A DNA stretch of 64,000 bases, taken from assembly GCA_963662405.2 (NCBI GenBank), contig CAXXKT010000001.1, positions 512,001 to 576,000 on the forward strand. Reading direction: 5' to 3'. Position 1 is the first letter of the stretch, and every line of letters starts with the position of its first letter. The notes below the pieces were generated by a model. The model worked only from the letters and a program-made list of their open reading frames with translations, was not told the origin of the DNA and did no database searches. Below are positions 11,132-23,200 of the stretch, one piece after another. The DNA is from Syntrophales bacterium. Lineage in GTDB: Bacteria; Desulfobacterota; Syntrophia; Syntrophales; UBA2210. Both the position numbers and the translations under genes were made by a program.

Positions 11132-12010
11132 CTATCCCTTTGCCGCCAGCGCCTCCGTACCACCCACGATATCCATCAGTTCGGCGGTAATGGCCGCCTG
11201 CCGCGCCCGGTTAAACTGCTGGGTGAGGCTCTGTATCATCTCTTCACAGCTGGTTGTCGCGTTGTCCATCGCGACCATCCTGGCGCCGTGTTCCCCCGCC
11301 GATGTTTCCAAGAGTCCCTTATAGATCAGCACCCGCAGGTACATGGGGATGATATGGGACAGGAGTTCTTCTTCGGAAGGCTCATAGACGTAACCGGCGG
11401 CTGCCTCGGGCTCATCCTCCTCCGAGCCGACAGATGCTGCGGGGAGCAGGCGGACCATGACCGGTCTCTGGACGGCGATATTCCGGAATTCGTTATAACA
11501 GAGGTACAGTTCATCGTATTCTTCCGCGATAAAAGGGGGAATCACCTCTTCGGCAATACGCGTCGCCAGACCGATATCAAATCGGTTCAGCTGGTCTATA
11601 TGCGTACTGCTTATCGGCAGCTTCTTTTTGAAGGAATCCCTCCCCTTCTTGCCGACGGCAACCAGCGAAACATCTTTCCCTTCGGCCTTCCGTGCCTGTG
11701 CGAACTTATCGACTTCCTTAATCACGTTTGTGTTAAATCCGCCGCACAGACCCCGGTCCGACGTCATCACGATCACCTTGATTCTGCCGGTATCGCGCAC
11801 GGCGAGCAGGGGATTCGTGGTCCCCACGACCCTCCCGGCCAGACTGCCGAAGACCTCCATCAGCTTATCCGCATACGGGCGAAAATTCTCCATCTTCGCC
11901 TGCGCAGCCTTCAGCTTTGACGCCGCCACCATGTTCATCGCCCGGGTGATCTGCCGGGTCTTATCAACGGCTATAGATTGTCTCTTTATTTCCTTTAACG
12001 ATGCGCCCAT
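11132..12010 (-). CDS. atpG: ATP synthase F1 gamma subunit
   Basis: QITRAMNMVAASK, SDRGLCGGFN, RQAAITAEL. Confidence 0.98.
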   Translation of the reverse strand: MGASLKEIKRQSIAVDKTRQITRAMNMVAASKLKAAQAKMENFRPYADKLMEVFGSLAGRVVGTTNPLLAVRDTGRIKVIVMTSDRGLCGGFNTNVIKEVDKFAQARKAEGKDVSLVAVGKKGRDSFKKKLPISSTHIDQLNRFDIGLATRIAEEVIPPFIAEEYDELYLCYNEFRNIAVQRPVMVRLLPAASVGSEEDEPEAAAGYVYEPSEEELLSHIIPMYLRVLIYKGLLETSAGEHGARMVAMDNATTSCEEMIQSLTQQFNRARQAAITAELMDIVGGTEALAAKG

Positions 12011-12069
12011 GCAAAAACACTCCCCTCTGCTCCGTCCGGATTATACCCTCCGGATACCTGTCTATCTCT

Positions 12070-13584
12070 CTATTCCGCAGTGAAGACGGAATCAAATTCC
12101 GTCAAGACGGCCTTTATCTTGCCGTCCAGCTCGGGGTTCAGCTCCTGCTTTTCATCGATCTCGCTCATGATATCCTGGTGCTTGCTGCCCATGAAGCTCA
12201 GAAGCTGTTTCTCATACTCCTTGATCTTCTCTACGGCGTACTTGTCGATGAACCCCCTGACTCCCGCATACAGCACAACCACCTGCTGTGCCAGCGACAT
12301 GGGTTGATACTGCGGCTGCTTCAGGATCTCGACGAGTCTGCCTCCCCGTTCCAGCTGCGCCTGGGTCGCCTTGTCGAGATCGCTGCCGAACTGCGCGAAG
12401 GAGGCCAGCTCCCGATACTGCGCCAGATCAAGCTTCAGGGTACCGGCGACCTGTTTCATCGCCTTCACCTGCGCCGCGCCACCGACCCGGGAGACCGAGA
12501 TACCGACGTTGATCGCGGGCCTGACACCGGCGTAGAAGAGATCCGGCTCGAGAAAGACCTGACCGTCGGTAATAGAAATAACATTCGTGGGGATAAAGGC
12601 GGAGACGTCCCCGGCCTGGGTCTCGATGATCGGAAGGGCCGTCAGAGAACCGCCCCCCAAGTCTTCACTCACCCGGGCGGCACGCTCAAGGAGCCGCGAG
12701 TGGTTGTAGAAGATGTCCCCGGGATATGCCTCACGTCCGGGTGGACGTCTCAGGAGGAGCGATATCTGCCGGTAAGCCACGGCCTGCTTGGAGAGATCGT
12801 CATAGATGATCAAAGCATCCTGCCCGCTATCCCTGAAGTATTCACCGATGCTGCACCCTCCAAAGGCGGCGATGTACTGCAGCGTTCCGGGGTCGCTCGC
12901 ACAGGCGGAAACGACACAGGTGTAGTCCATGGCATCGTGTTTCCGGAGCGCCTCAACCACCTGCGCCACGGTCGATTTCTTCTGCCCGATGGCAACATAG
13001 ATACATTTGATCCCCGTATCCTTCTGTCGGATGATGGCATCAATACAAATGGCCGTTTTCCCGATCTGACGATCACCGATGATCAGCTCCCGCTGTCCCC
13101 GTCCGATCGGCGTCATCGCGTCTATGGCCTTGAGCCCCGTGTAGACGGGCTGGTTGACCGGCTGCCGCTGGATGACGCCGGGGGCGACCACCTCGATCCT
13201 GCTGTAGGTATCGGTCTCGATAGGGCCTTTTCCGTCAAGGGGAGCTCCCGTGGCATCGATCACCCGACCCAGCACGGCCTCACCAACCGGGATCTGCGCG
13301 ATCTTGCCGGTCCTTTTGACCACATCCCCTTCCTTGATATGTATATCCTCACCCAAGATGGCGACACCGACGTTGTCCCGTTCGAGGTTGAGAACCATTC
13401 CCAGTATGCCGCCGGGGAACTCGAGAAGCTCCATGGCCATGGCATTTTCCACACCGTATACCCGGGCTATGCCGTCGCCGACCGACAGGACGGTCCCGAT
13501 CTCACTGACATCCAGTTTTTTCTCATAATCTTTGATCTGCTTGGAAATTATCCGTGTTATTTCCTCTGCCCTGATTGCATCCAT
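12070..13584 (-). CDS. atpA: ATP synthase F1 alpha subunit
   Basis: [26 protein letters not shown]. Confidence 0.99.
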   Translation of the reverse strand: MDAIRAEEITRIISKQIKDYEKKLDVSEIGTVLSVGDGIARVYGVENAMAMELLEFPGGILGMVLNLERDNVGVAILGEDIHIKEGDVVKRTGKIAQIPVGEAVLGRVIDATGAPLDGKGPIETDTYSRIEVVAPGVIQRQPVNQPVYTGLKAIDAMTPIGRGQRELIIGDRQIGKTAICIDAIIRQKDTGIKCIYVAIGQKKSTVAQVVEALRKHDAMDYTCVVSACASDPGTLQYIAAFGGCSIGEYFRDSGQDALIIYDDLSKQAVAYRQISLLLRRPPGREAYPGDIFYNHSRLLERAARVSEDLGGGSLTALPIIETQAGDVSAFIPTNVISITDGQVFLEPDLFYAGVRPAINVGISVSRVGGAAQVKAMKQVAGTLKLDLAQYRELASFAQFGSDLDKATQAQLERGGRLVEILKQPQYQPMSLAQQVVVLYAGVRGFIDKYAVEKIKEYEKQLLSFMGSKHQDIMSEIDEKQELNPELDGKIKAVLTEFDSVFTAE

Positions 13585-13587
13585 CCC

Positions 13588-14133
13588 TTACATATCCTCC
13601 TTTATGAGTTCCCTTATGCTGTTCAGTTGAGCTCGGACGCTGCCGTCGTACAGGGTATCACCGACCCCTATGACAACACCAGCCAGCAATGATGGATCTT
13701 CATTAATAACCATCTCAACGTTCTTTCCGGTCAGGCCTTCCATCTGTTTCTTGATCCTCACGGACAGCTCACCCGACAGCGGGAATGCCGTTTTTACGTC
13801 AATCCGTACCTTGTTCAAGACATCATCCATATATCTCCGATAACACTCTTCAATCTGTCCGATGGCATTGATTCTCCTCTTGTCCACCAGCAGCTTCAGA
13901 AAATTCGACGTGATGGCCGACACCTTGGTCTCCTTGAGGATATCTCCCATAACGGCCCCTTTGTCGGAACTGTCAAACACCGGGTTGGCAAAGAACTCCG
14001 CCAGGTCCTTACTCCCCTTCAGCAGGGAGGAAAACCCTTTCAGCTCGTCGTATATGGACTCTATCGCATCTTCTTCCTGCGCTATTTCAAACAGCGCCTT
14101 GGCATACCTCTTTGCAATATCGCTTCCAATCAA
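13588..14133 (-). CDS. atpH: ATP synthase F1 delta subunit
   Basis: IAKRYAKALF...DPSLLAG...YDGSV; TTG start overlapping the atpF stop. Confidence 0.96.
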   Translation of the reverse strand: MIGSDIAKRYAKALFEIAQEEDAIESIYDELKGFSSLLKGSKDLAEFFANPVFDSSDKGAVMGDILKETKVSAITSNFLKLLVDKRRINAIGQIEECYRRYMDDVLNKVRIDVKTAFPLSGELSVRIKKQMEGLTGKNVEMVINEDPSLLAGVVIGVGDTLYDGSVRAQLNSIRELIKEDM

Positions 14134-14693
14134 TTTCGGGTCACCATCCTATCTAAGAAGTCGTTGACCATCTTCTCGTGATCGTGTGCCTTTACATTCT
14201 TTTCGAGGATCTCTTCGGCCATGGCGACGGACAGTTCCGTCGCTTCTTTCCTGAGTTGGAGAAGGGCCCTCTTGTAATCCTGCTCGATCCGGGCCTCCGA
14301 ATCTTCCTTCATCTTGGCAGCGGCGCGTTTTGCCTCTTCTATGATCTTTTCTTTCTCCGCGTGCCCTTGCGCCTTGATCATATCTGAGATACCGTCAATC
14401 TCAGCAGTGGCCTTGTCCAGCTTAGCGGCGTGTTCCGCCAGTCTTTTCTCCGCATCTTCTTTCGCCGCTACCGCCTCGTCCAGCGAATTTTTCACGGAGG
14501 CACGATCGCCGACAAAAAAGTTCGCGATCGCCTTGGCTGAGAATTTGTAGATAACGGCGGCCAGGATGGCAAAATTGAGGATCCTCCACCAGAAATCCCC
14601 CATGCCACCTTCATGCGCCTCACCACCTCCCGATGCATACGCAAGCGCGGGGACTAAGGAGCACAGTAACAGGGTAACAAGAAATCGCTTCAT
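14130..14693 (-). CDS. atpF: ATP synthase F0 subunit b
   Basis: Signal-like N-terminal extension, WRILNF TM helix, charged coiled coil. Confidence 0.92.
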   Translation of the reverse strand: MKRFLVTLLLCSLVPALAYASGGGEAHEGGMGDFWWRILNFAILAAVIYKFSAKAIANFFVGDRASVKNSLDEAVAAKEDAEKRLAEHAAKLDKATAEIDGISDMIKAQGHAEKEKIIEEAKRAAAKMKEDSEARIEQDYKRALLQLRKEATELSVAMAEEILEKNVKAHDHEKMVNDFLDRMVTRN

Positions 14694-15118
14694 TGGACAC
14701 TCCTTCCCAGCACCTTTTCTGAAATCTCGCTCGCTATCATCCGTGTCTGCTCTCGAAGGGATACCCGGGCCTCGTCCGTTTCCTTTTGCAATTGCGCCTT
14801 AAACCCTTCCAGTTTTGTTGAGATTTCTTCACGTACCTGACCGATGATCACCTTGCCCTGCTCCGCCCCCTCTTCCTTGATCGCATCTCTCTGCGAGGCG
14901 GCCTCAGCCCGTGCCTGGCGGATCTTTTCCTCGTACTCGTTCATCTTCCGCTCGATCGTCTCATCGAGAGACCGGACCTTCCCCTTCGACTCCTCAATTT
15001 TCTGATTTCTTTTTTCGATGATTTTCAAGACGGGTCTGTAAAGAAGGAAATTCAAGACAAGAATCAACACGAGGAAGTTGGCCATCTGAATCCAAACTGT
15101 GTAATTCAGCTCTACCAT
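14690..15118 (-). CDS. ATP synthase F0 subunit b'
   Basis: IQMANFLVLILVLNFLLYRPV TM helix plus coiled coil; first gene of the atp operon. Confidence 0.92.
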   Translation of the reverse strand: MVELNYTVWIQMANFLVLILVLNFLLYRPVLKIIEKRNQKIEESKGKVRSLDETIERKMNEYEEKIRQARAEAASQRDAIKEEGAEQGKVIIGQVREEISTKLEGFKAQLQKETDEARVSLREQTRMIASEISEKVLGRSVQ

Positions 15119-15247
15119 TACCGCTCACCATCCCTTGAGTTACTCTATTCAAAAAAACCGTCAACGCCACTATCCATGCCGCTTACCTGCAGGACACCAT
15201 CACTCACTTCCCACGCCCCTCCAAACGCCGCCCGCGCAGGCCGGTGA

Positions 15248-15277
15248 GTACTAACCATAACTCCAGGACCTTGTCAA
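15248..15277 (-). promoter_or_regulatory. Putative sigma70 promoter of the atp operon
   Basis: Minus strand TTGACA-N18-TAGTAC, about 130 bp upstream of the b' gene. Confidence 0.4.
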
Positions 15278-15354
15278 GTTTTTTTTGACCGGCGGTCATA
15301 ACTTTTTACCCCGGGTTGACGTCTTGGAGGAAAGTATATCATTTCTCCTCATTA

Positions 15355-15759
15355 TCAACAGGATAGGTCCTTTTGGTCTGCCGTTGGTTTCTCTGAATTC
15401 TCCCCTGAATCAGCGCCTCCCGACATTCGACACGCCCCATCGATCACCGCCCCCTCCCGCACCACCAGGAGAGATGTCTTGAGATTGCCTTTCAGCTTTC
15501 CGGTGGTCGCAATCTCCGTTTTCTCTTTGATATCAAGGTTACCCCTCACTTCACCGGAGATCATGATACTATCAACGGCAATATCCGCTTCGACATAGGC
15601 ACCTTCCCCGATGATCAATGTCCCGCTCCCGAGGGCCTCTCCTCGAAATTCCCCATCGATCCGTACCGATCCGCTCAGGATCAGTTTTCCGTTGAACTCC
15701 GCACCTCTCCCGAGAAAGGCCTTTACATCCCCGCCGATCTCTTTTCTTTTATCAGCCAT
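15355..15759 (-). CDS. Bactofilin (polymer-forming cytoskeletal protein)
   Basis: FLGRGAEFNGKL..SGSVRIDG.F.G...LIIGEGA.VEADI...GAVIDGAC beta-helix pattern; GAGGAG RBS before ATG 15759. Confidence 0.9.
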   Translation of the reverse strand: MADKRKEIGGDVKAFLGRGAEFNGKLILSGSVRIDGEFRGEALGSGTLIIGEGAYVEADIAVDSIMISGEVRGNLDIKEKTEIATTGKLKGNLKTSLLVVREGAVIDGACRMSGGADSGENSEKPTADQKDLSC

Positions 15760-15858
15760 CCACCCGCTCCTCTCTTTACTCTCCTGTTTGAACATATGAT
15801 AAAGGAAACCCTTCTGTCGCCCCACTGTTTTTAAGTTATTCCTCACACCACTGAACCA

Positions 15859-16962
15859 TCATGGCTGGAGGATAAATCGCCTCATACTGACATTCATCAA
15901 GAGTCCCGCCCCCATCATCAGGACAACCATCGAAGAACCTCCGTAGCTGAGAAAGGGAAGGGGTATCCCCACGACCGGGAATATCCCCAGGACCATGCCG
16001 ATATTGATAAATATACCCCAGAAAATGAACATCGTCACCCCGAAAGCCAAGAGGGCACCCGGCAGGTCCCGGGCATTTTGCGTAATCTTGAGGCACCACA
16101 GTATCAGGGCGAGAAACAGGAACATCAGGATGACCACCCCGACAAATCCCCATTCCTCGGCGAAAACGGAAAAAGCAAAGTCCGTCTGTTGCTCAGGCAG
16201 AAATTTGAGCTGGGTCTGGGTCCCCTTCAGGAATCCTTTTCCACAGAGGCTCCCGGAACCGACGGCGATAATGGACTGGATGATGTGATATCCCGTACCG
16301 AGTGGATCGCGTTCCGGGTTCAGAAAGGTGAGGATCCGTTCTTTTTGATAGTCTTTCAGGAAAAACCAGCACAGGGGAGCAAGGATGACGCCGCTTACGC
16401 TACCCCATATAAGAAGCCTTCTGCCCACCCCGGCAAAGATCACGACGGAACCGAAGATGGCGACGAGGAACATGGCGGTGCCCAGGTCCGGTTGGCACAC
16501 TATCATGGAAAACGGTAGCCCCACAATACCAACCAGCATACAAATATTCCTCACCGTATACCCTTGATGCGCGGTATCGTTGAAATATCGTGCAAGGACA
16601 ACGATCAGGACCAGTTTCATCAGTTCCGAAGGCTGGAAGGAAAATCCCCAGAGGATAAGCCACCGCTGTGACCCATGCGTCATAGTACCGTACAGGAGCA
16701 CGAGAAACAGGAATGCGAGCGCGATCAGGTATATCAGATAGGCGTGCCGTATGATGGTGTGGTAATCGACACTGAAGGTCACGATCATCATGACAAGCCC
16801 CACGAGGAGCCAGTATGTCTGTTTCACGTAGAAGGGTTCTCCCCGCACGGATATGTTATGACCGGCGCTGTAAATATTCAGGATACCGACGGCACTGATG
16901 AAAATCACGAGCCCAAGGAAAACCCAATCGAAATTGATGAACAACCGGCGATCGATCTTCAT
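15859..16962 (-). CDS. rodA: Rod shape-determining SEDS glycosyltransferase RodA
   Basis: FQPSELMK, QPDLGT, GYHIIQS, FLPEQQTDF, PFLSYGGSS. Confidence 0.97.
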   Translation of the reverse strand: MKIDRRLFINFDWVFLGLVIFISAVGILNIYSAGHNISVRGEPFYVKQTYWLLVGLVMMIVTFSVDYHTIIRHAYLIYLIALAFLFLVLLYGTMTHGSQRWLILWGFSFQPSELMKLVLIVVLARYFNDTAHQGYTVRNICMLVGIVGLPFSMIVCQPDLGTAMFLVAIFGSVVIFAGVGRRLLIWGSVSGVILAPLCWFFLKDYQKERILTFLNPERDPLGTGYHIIQSIIAVGSGSLCGKGFLKGTQTQLKFLPEQQTDFAFSVFAEEWGFVGVVILMFLFLALILWCLKITQNARDLPGALLAFGVTMFIFWGIFINIGMVLGIFPVVGIPLPFLSYGGSSMVVLMMGAGLLMNVSMRRFILQP

Positions 16963-18812
16963 CCTCGCTGCCTTTTTTGTTGAAGAGTAAAATATTGATC
17001 GATAATCCTGCGCGCGATGGGCGCGGCCGTCGATCCGCCATGCCCCCCGTGTTCCACAACGACCAAAACAGCGATCTGAGGATCTTGGTATGGCGCGAAG
17101 CAGACGAAGAGGGCATGATCCCGGTAACGGTACGGGATATCATCCGGATCGGGCTGCTCTTCCTCATCCTTCTTGAGGGCTATCACCTGTGCGGTTCCCG
17201 TCTTTCCACACACATCCCCCTCCTCTCGCTTCAATGCCCAACCCGTGCCGTGGGGTTCATTGACGACGCCCCACAAGGCGCTCCTCAGGATATCCATATT
17301 TTTTTTGCTGATGGGAAGCACTCGTTCCGGTATAGGGGAGGATTCGGCAATCATTCGCCCATCCTCCGTTTCAATCCTCTTGACCAATTGCGGCTTATAG
17401 AGAGTCCCCCCATTTGCGAGCGCACAATAGGCCCTGACGAGCTGGAGGGGAGTTACCAGGGAAAACCCCTGCCCTATGGACAGAGAAGTGGTTTCCCCCT
17501 TCTGCCACGGCTCTCCGAATCTGTCCGATTTCCAGCGCTTCGTAGGAACCAGGCCTCCCTTCTCACCGGGAAGCGAGATACCGGTTTTAGAGCCGAACCC
17601 AAATGCTTCGGCATATTCCGCCAGCTTATCGACACCAAGCATCTCCCCGAGATGATAAAAATACACATCGCACGACTCAACAATGGCACGATGGAGATCA
17701 ACGGTACCATGACCACCCTTTTTCCAACACCGGAATGTTCGATCTCCCATCTGATAGGTGCCGTCGCACACGATGTTGGTATCTTCCGTTATCAGGCCCT
17801 CCTCAAGAGCGGCGGCCGCGACAACCAGCTTATAGGTGGAACCCGGAGGATATTGACCTGAAATGGCCCTGTTCTGCAATGGACACAGGAAATTGGTTGT
17901 CAATTCTCGCCACCGTTCTCCTGAGATTCCACGATTGAACAGGTTCGGATCGAAGGACGGCTTGCTCACCATCGCCATGATAGCACCGGTATGAGGATCC
18001 ATAGCAATCACGGCCCCGGCTTTTTCCTGAAAGGCATCCCAGCATATTTTCTGAAGCTCGGAGTTCACATTGAGAACGACATTATCCCCGGAAACCGGAT
18101 CTACCTTCCCCAGGACACCCAATCTCCGCCCGGCTGCATCGACCTCTATCTGTTCTCCGCCGCTTTTTCCCTTGAGGGATCCATCCAAGTACTTTTCAAT
18201 TCCGTATTTTCCGACGATATCATCCGCCCGATAGGCAGCAAGCACCGCCTTTTCCAATTCGAAAGGGCTTATCTCCCCCACATACCCAAGCATATGTGCC
18301 ATCATCTCTCCATAGAGATACTCCCGCACCGGCACGACATCGACAACGACACCGGGGAGGTTGAGGGAATGCGTCTCCACCACCGCCAGTTTATCCCTGC
18401 TGATATTCCGTGCAATCTTCACCGGAACAAAGGGTTTCCCGGACCTGAGAAAGGCCTTTTCAACAAAGAGGCCATCGGATTCCCAACGGCAGAGTTTTCC
18501 CAGGCTGTCTTTGATTCCACCAACATCTTTTACGATTTCAGGGATGATGGATAGATCAAAGGAGGATTGATTGTCCACCAGGATATCCCCATCGGTCCCC
18601 ATTATCAAACCCCTGAGCGGCTTTATTTCCTGGATACGAATCCGGTTGTTTTCAGAACGCTCTCTGAGGTGCTCTCCCTTGATTACCTGAAGATACCACA
18701 TCCGGGCTATCAGCAGGAAAAAGGCGAGCAGTATACACCCCGTAAAGGCACGGATTTTGTTCCTGAACTGCTGCGGGTCATAATTCGCCAGGTGATTTCG
18801 ATTCCCAAACAC
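16959..18812 (-). CDS. mrdA: Penicillin-binding protein 2
   Basis: PGSTYK (SxxK), SCD, KTGTAQ; single N-terminal TM. Confidence 0.97.
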   Translation of the reverse strand: MFGNRNHLANYDPQQFRNKIRAFTGCILLAFFLLIARMWYLQVIKGEHLRERSENNRIRIQEIKPLRGLIMGTDGDILVDNQSSFDLSIIPEIVKDVGGIKDSLGKLCRWESDGLFVEKAFLRSGKPFVPVKIARNISRDKLAVVETHSLNLPGVVVDVVPVREYLYGEMMAHMLGYVGEISPFELEKAVLAAYRADDIVGKYGIEKYLDGSLKGKSGGEQIEVDAAGRRLGVLGKVDPVSGDNVVLNVNSELQKICWDAFQEKAGAVIAMDPHTGAIMAMVSKPSFDPNLFNRGISGERWRELTTNFLCPLQNRAISGQYPPGSTYKLVVAAAALEEGLITEDTNIVCDGTYQMGDRTFRCWKKGGHGTVDLHRAIVESCDVYFYHLGEMLGVDKLAEYAEAFGFGSKTGISLPGEKGGLVPTKRWKSDRFGEPWQKGETTSLSIGQGFSLVTPLQLVRAYCALANGGTLYKPQLVKRIETEDGRMIAESSPIPERVLPISKKNMDILRSALWGVVNEPHGTGWALKREEGDVCGKTGTAQVIALKKDEEEQPDPDDIPYRYRDHALFVCFAPYQDPQIAVLVVVEHGGHGGSTAAPIARRIIDQYFTLQQKRQRG

Positions 18813-19290
18813 TCAGCACAACCTCAATACGACTGAACAGCGCAAAAAAGACCGGTGCCAGCATACCGGTAACGAGGGCCTGAAGCCATGAAACACCCCA
18901 TATATCATACAACACCGGTATGCCAAATAGTACCTCATAGACAAAGATGATCAGGCCCTTTTCAAGAAATACGCTCAAAACCGTAAAAGCCGTGGCAAAG
19001 ATCATCCCCCCCACATACGCCCTGAATGAGACAAAACTGGCAATCAGGAATATCAAAAGGTAACTGACGACAAAGAAACCGGGAACGACACCGGTGATAC
19101 AGTCCATACAATACCCCAGGACAATCGACAAGACCCCTCCCCGGAAAATGCTCAGGTAAAATCCGGCATATATAACCAGTATTACCGATATCTCCGGGGT
19201 CGCTTTTCCCAGAAATAACACGTCGAAGACACTGATCTGGATGGTCAACACAAGCAGGGAAAAAATCGGCAGGAGGAGGTAGTATATCAT
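18778..19290 (-). CDS. mreD: Rod shape-determining protein MreD
   Basis: Hydrophobic 170-aa protein between mreC and mrdA, with GYCMD motif. Confidence 0.85.
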   Translation of the reverse strand: MIYYLLLPIFSLLVLTIQISVFDVLFLGKATPEISVILVIYAGFYLSIFRGGVLSIVLGYCMDCITGVVPGFFVVSYLLIFLIASFVSFRAYVGGMIFATAFTVLSVFLEKGLIIFVYEVLFGIPVLYDIWGVSWLQALVTGMLAPVFFALFSRIEVVLSVWESKSPGEL

Positions 19291-20114
19291 TGACCCTCCT
19301 TCGGCTTCTTGACGATCACCAGCACCTCTTCCAGTCTGGTAATGTCAAGTGTCGGATTCACCATTATTCTCTGGAAAAGATCGGCCTCTTTTTTCTCGGC
19401 TTCCTCGACTATCCCGAGAAGCAACCCTTTGGGAAATACACCGGCAAGACCCGAAGACACAACCACATCGCCCTTTCTTACGTCATCGGATCTCTGGACA
19501 TATTTCAACTCACACCCGCGACTGCCGGCCCCCTGAAGCACGCCCTGGGACCTGTTCCGCTGGATCAAGGCATCGATATTGCTGTTATAATCCACCAGGA
19601 GCAGGGCCTTGGAGACATTCCACGAAACATCCACCACCCTCCCGACGACGCCCCCCGTCCCGATAACCGGAGTACCCGCTTCTATCCCGTCGGCGGTCCC
19701 CTTATCGATCAAGACCGTCTGGAAAACAGACGATCTGTCTTTCCCGACCACCCGGGCGGCAATTGACGAAAATGCAAGGGTGGCCTTCATCTCCATCAGC
19801 CTCCGCAGACGGAGACATTCAAGGGACATCTCACGGTGCTTATTGATTTCCTCTGTCAGAACTGCAACTTTCTGTTCCAATTCCCTGTTTTTTTCCCTGA
19901 TCCCCACCAAGAGGACATACTGTTTCCATTGTGTACCGACGGCGCCAAGCGCTGAATTGAACACACTCCCAAGCGGAACCGCCACCTCCAAGATGATTTT
20001 CTTGAAGATACCCGTTTTTTCTGGTGACTTATAATAACTGGAAAAGCTTATGCCGAAAACCGTGACAAGGACAAGCAATGCGATGACGGTGTTTGATCTT
20101 TTCGGAGACGCCAT
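19287..20114 (-). CDS. mreC: Rod shape-determining protein MreC
   Basis: TM plus coiled coil, IDKG..DGI, GVVGRV, SSGLAGVFPKG. Confidence 0.95.
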   Translation of the reverse strand: MASPKRSNTVIALLVLVTVFGISFSSYYKSPEKTGIFKKIILEVAVPLGSVFNSALGAVGTQWKQYVLLVGIREKNRELEQKVAVLTEEINKHREMSLECLRLRRLMEMKATLAFSSIAARVVGKDRSSVFQTVLIDKGTADGIEAGTPVIGTGGVVGRVVDVSWNVSKALLLVDYNSNIDALIQRNRSQGVLQGAGSRGCELKYVQRSDDVRKGDVVVSSGLAGVFPKGLLLGIVEEAEKKEADLFQRIMVNPTLDITRLEEVLVIVKKPKEGQ

Positions 20115-20220
20115 TTTTCCCTTCTTGCGCGCCGACACCCAGGGCAACGAACTGAGAAACACATGAATGACACAAACCTGGTTCTCGGAAAAGAGAAGGT
20201 ATAATCAGCCGGGACGACGA

Positions 20221-21294
<1,074 letters not shown>

Positions 21295-21595
21295 TTATAC
21301 AGTATTTCCATAACCTAATCAATTAAAAACAACTTCTTCGCAAAGGGAGGCATGAACAACTGCCATGAGGAGAGTAACGGGGACGATGTTCCTTCCGTCA
21401 AGGAGGTGTCACCGTCGCCCTCCCCCCTCCTGCCGACCGATATCACGAGAGCCCGGTATTGTTTCGAATCGGTTTTATATTATTGCCATATCCGGTATGT
21501 TTGTTGCCCCTATCATTCCCCAGAAAAGTATTGCATTTTGTCTGGCACTATACTACTAAAGCAACTCATTAACCTGAAAGGCAGAGAGTGAACAT

Positions 21596-23197
21596 ATGCT
21601 CCAACTGATGAGGAAACATGCCAGAAACTGGCTCATGAAGGTCGTCCTCGGTATTATTATCGTTGTCTTCGTATTCTACTTCGGCTCCATGCGGGGGCGG
21701 CAGGCTACCGAAACAGTCGCCTTACTGGATGGCTCACAGATAGCGTACGCGAATTTCAGAACGGAATATCAGAATCTGCTCGATTTCTACCGCCAGCAAT
21801 ACGGGGAATACCTGACCGACGATTTGATCAAGAAGATCAATATCAAGCAGCAGGCATTCGACAACATCGTCAATAAGGCGATCATCCTGTCAAAGGCCGA
21901 CGAGCTGAAGCTGGACATCAGCGATAACGAACTCAAGACAGCCATTTTTTCCTATCCGGCCTTTCAGCGGAACGGCGTCTTCGACAGCGATCTGTACCAG
22001 CGCGCCCTTCGCTATCAGCGGATGACTCCGGAAACGTTCGAGGCATCGCAACGCGAGGCCATGAAGATCGGGAAGATTGAGCAGATCATCAGAGAATCGG
22101 CAAAGGTATCGGAAGAGGAAGTGTATGAAATATACCAACTCCAGAGCAGGGAGATCACCCTGGATTTCATACGAATCCCCATAGACAGCGTCACCACGAC
22201 GGAAAACCCGCCCGAGGAGGCACTGGAGGCATACCTTGAAGGGCATGCCGAGGACTTTCGGATCCCCCCGACGGCAACGATCGAATACATCCCTTTCACG
22301 GGGGAAGCCTTCACCGAAACCGCCGACATATCGGACAATGAGATAGAGGACTACTACGAGTACAACAAAGACGAATTTACCACGGGTGAAACAACGAAAC
22401 CCCTGGCCGAGGTACGGGAAGAAATCGTCGCGAAACTGGCATCGATTCAGGGAATGGATCAGGCCTTTGAAGAAGCAACAACGGCACACGATACGATCTA
22501 TCAAGAGGACAATTTCGAGGAATACGCCACAAAGCGGGGGCTTAAAATCGAGTCCGCCGAGCTTGCCCGCAACGCCCCCCTCACCGGTCGGCTTGCCGGT
22601 GTTCAGGACGACCTGGGCAATTACGTATTCAGCCTGCAAGAGGGTGATCTTGGACACGTTTTTTCCGACAAGGAGGGGTATTACGTCTTCAGGGTCGCTT
22701 CACTGAAGCCGACCCGTATCCCCGCGCTTCGAGAGGTTGTGAAAGAGGTGCAAGAAAGCTATATCCTGACACAGGCCGCACAGGCAAGCAAGACGAAGGC
22801 CGACGATATTCTCCGCCGTCTCAGGGATGGAGCGGATATGGCGAAGGTCGCACAGAAAGAGGGACTGACGATTGGCGAAACCGGCCTGTTTCTCCCCGGA
22901 CCCGAGATCCCTCAAATCGGCTATTCTCCGGACATGGGAAAGACCCTCTTTGAACTATCGGGAGAAAAGCCCTATCCGAACAGGATCTTCCTTATCGAAG
23001 GGAATTATGTGATTGCCAAGTTTCGAGGGAAGAGCATGCCGGACGAGGAAGACTGGAAGGCCAAGAAGGACTCACTGAAGCGGGATATCCTGAGCATGAA
23101 AGAACAGCAGTACTTTCTCTCGTGGGTGGAGAAAATGAGGAAAACAATGATCGACGAGGGACGATTGAAGATCCTCAAGAGGCTGGAAGACCTGTAA
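21596..23197 (+). CDS. ppiD: PpiD/SurA-N-domain periplasmic chaperone
   Basis: MLQLMRKH plus TM anchor, SurA_N pattern (FQRNGVFD..LY...L), degenerate parvulin region. Confidence 0.8.
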   Translation: MLQLMRKHARNWLMKVVLGIIIVVFVFYFGSMRGRQATETVALLDGSQIAYANFRTEYQNLLDFYRQQYGEYLTDDLIKKINIKQQAFDNIVNKAIILSKADELKLDISDNELKTAIFSYPAFQRNGVFDSDLYQRALRYQRMTPETFEASQREAMKIGKIEQIIRESAKVSEEEVYEIYQLQSREITLDFIRIPIDSVTTTENPPEEALEAYLEGHAEDFRIPPTATIEYIPFTGEAFTETADISDNEIEDYYEYNKDEFTTGETTKPLAEVREEIVAKLASIQGMDQAFEEATTAHDTIYQEDNFEEYATKRGLKIESAELARNAPLTGRLAGVQDDLGNYVFSLQEGDLGHVFSDKEGYYVFRVASLKPTRIPALREVVKEVQESYILTQAAQASKTKADDILRRLRDGADMAKVAQKEGLTIGETGLFLPGPEIPQIGYSPDMGKTLFELSGEKPYPNRIFLIEGNYVIAKFRGKSMPDEEDWKAKKDSLKRDILSMKEQQYFLSWVEKMRKTMIDEGRLKILKRLEDL

Positions 23198-23200
23198 CCC

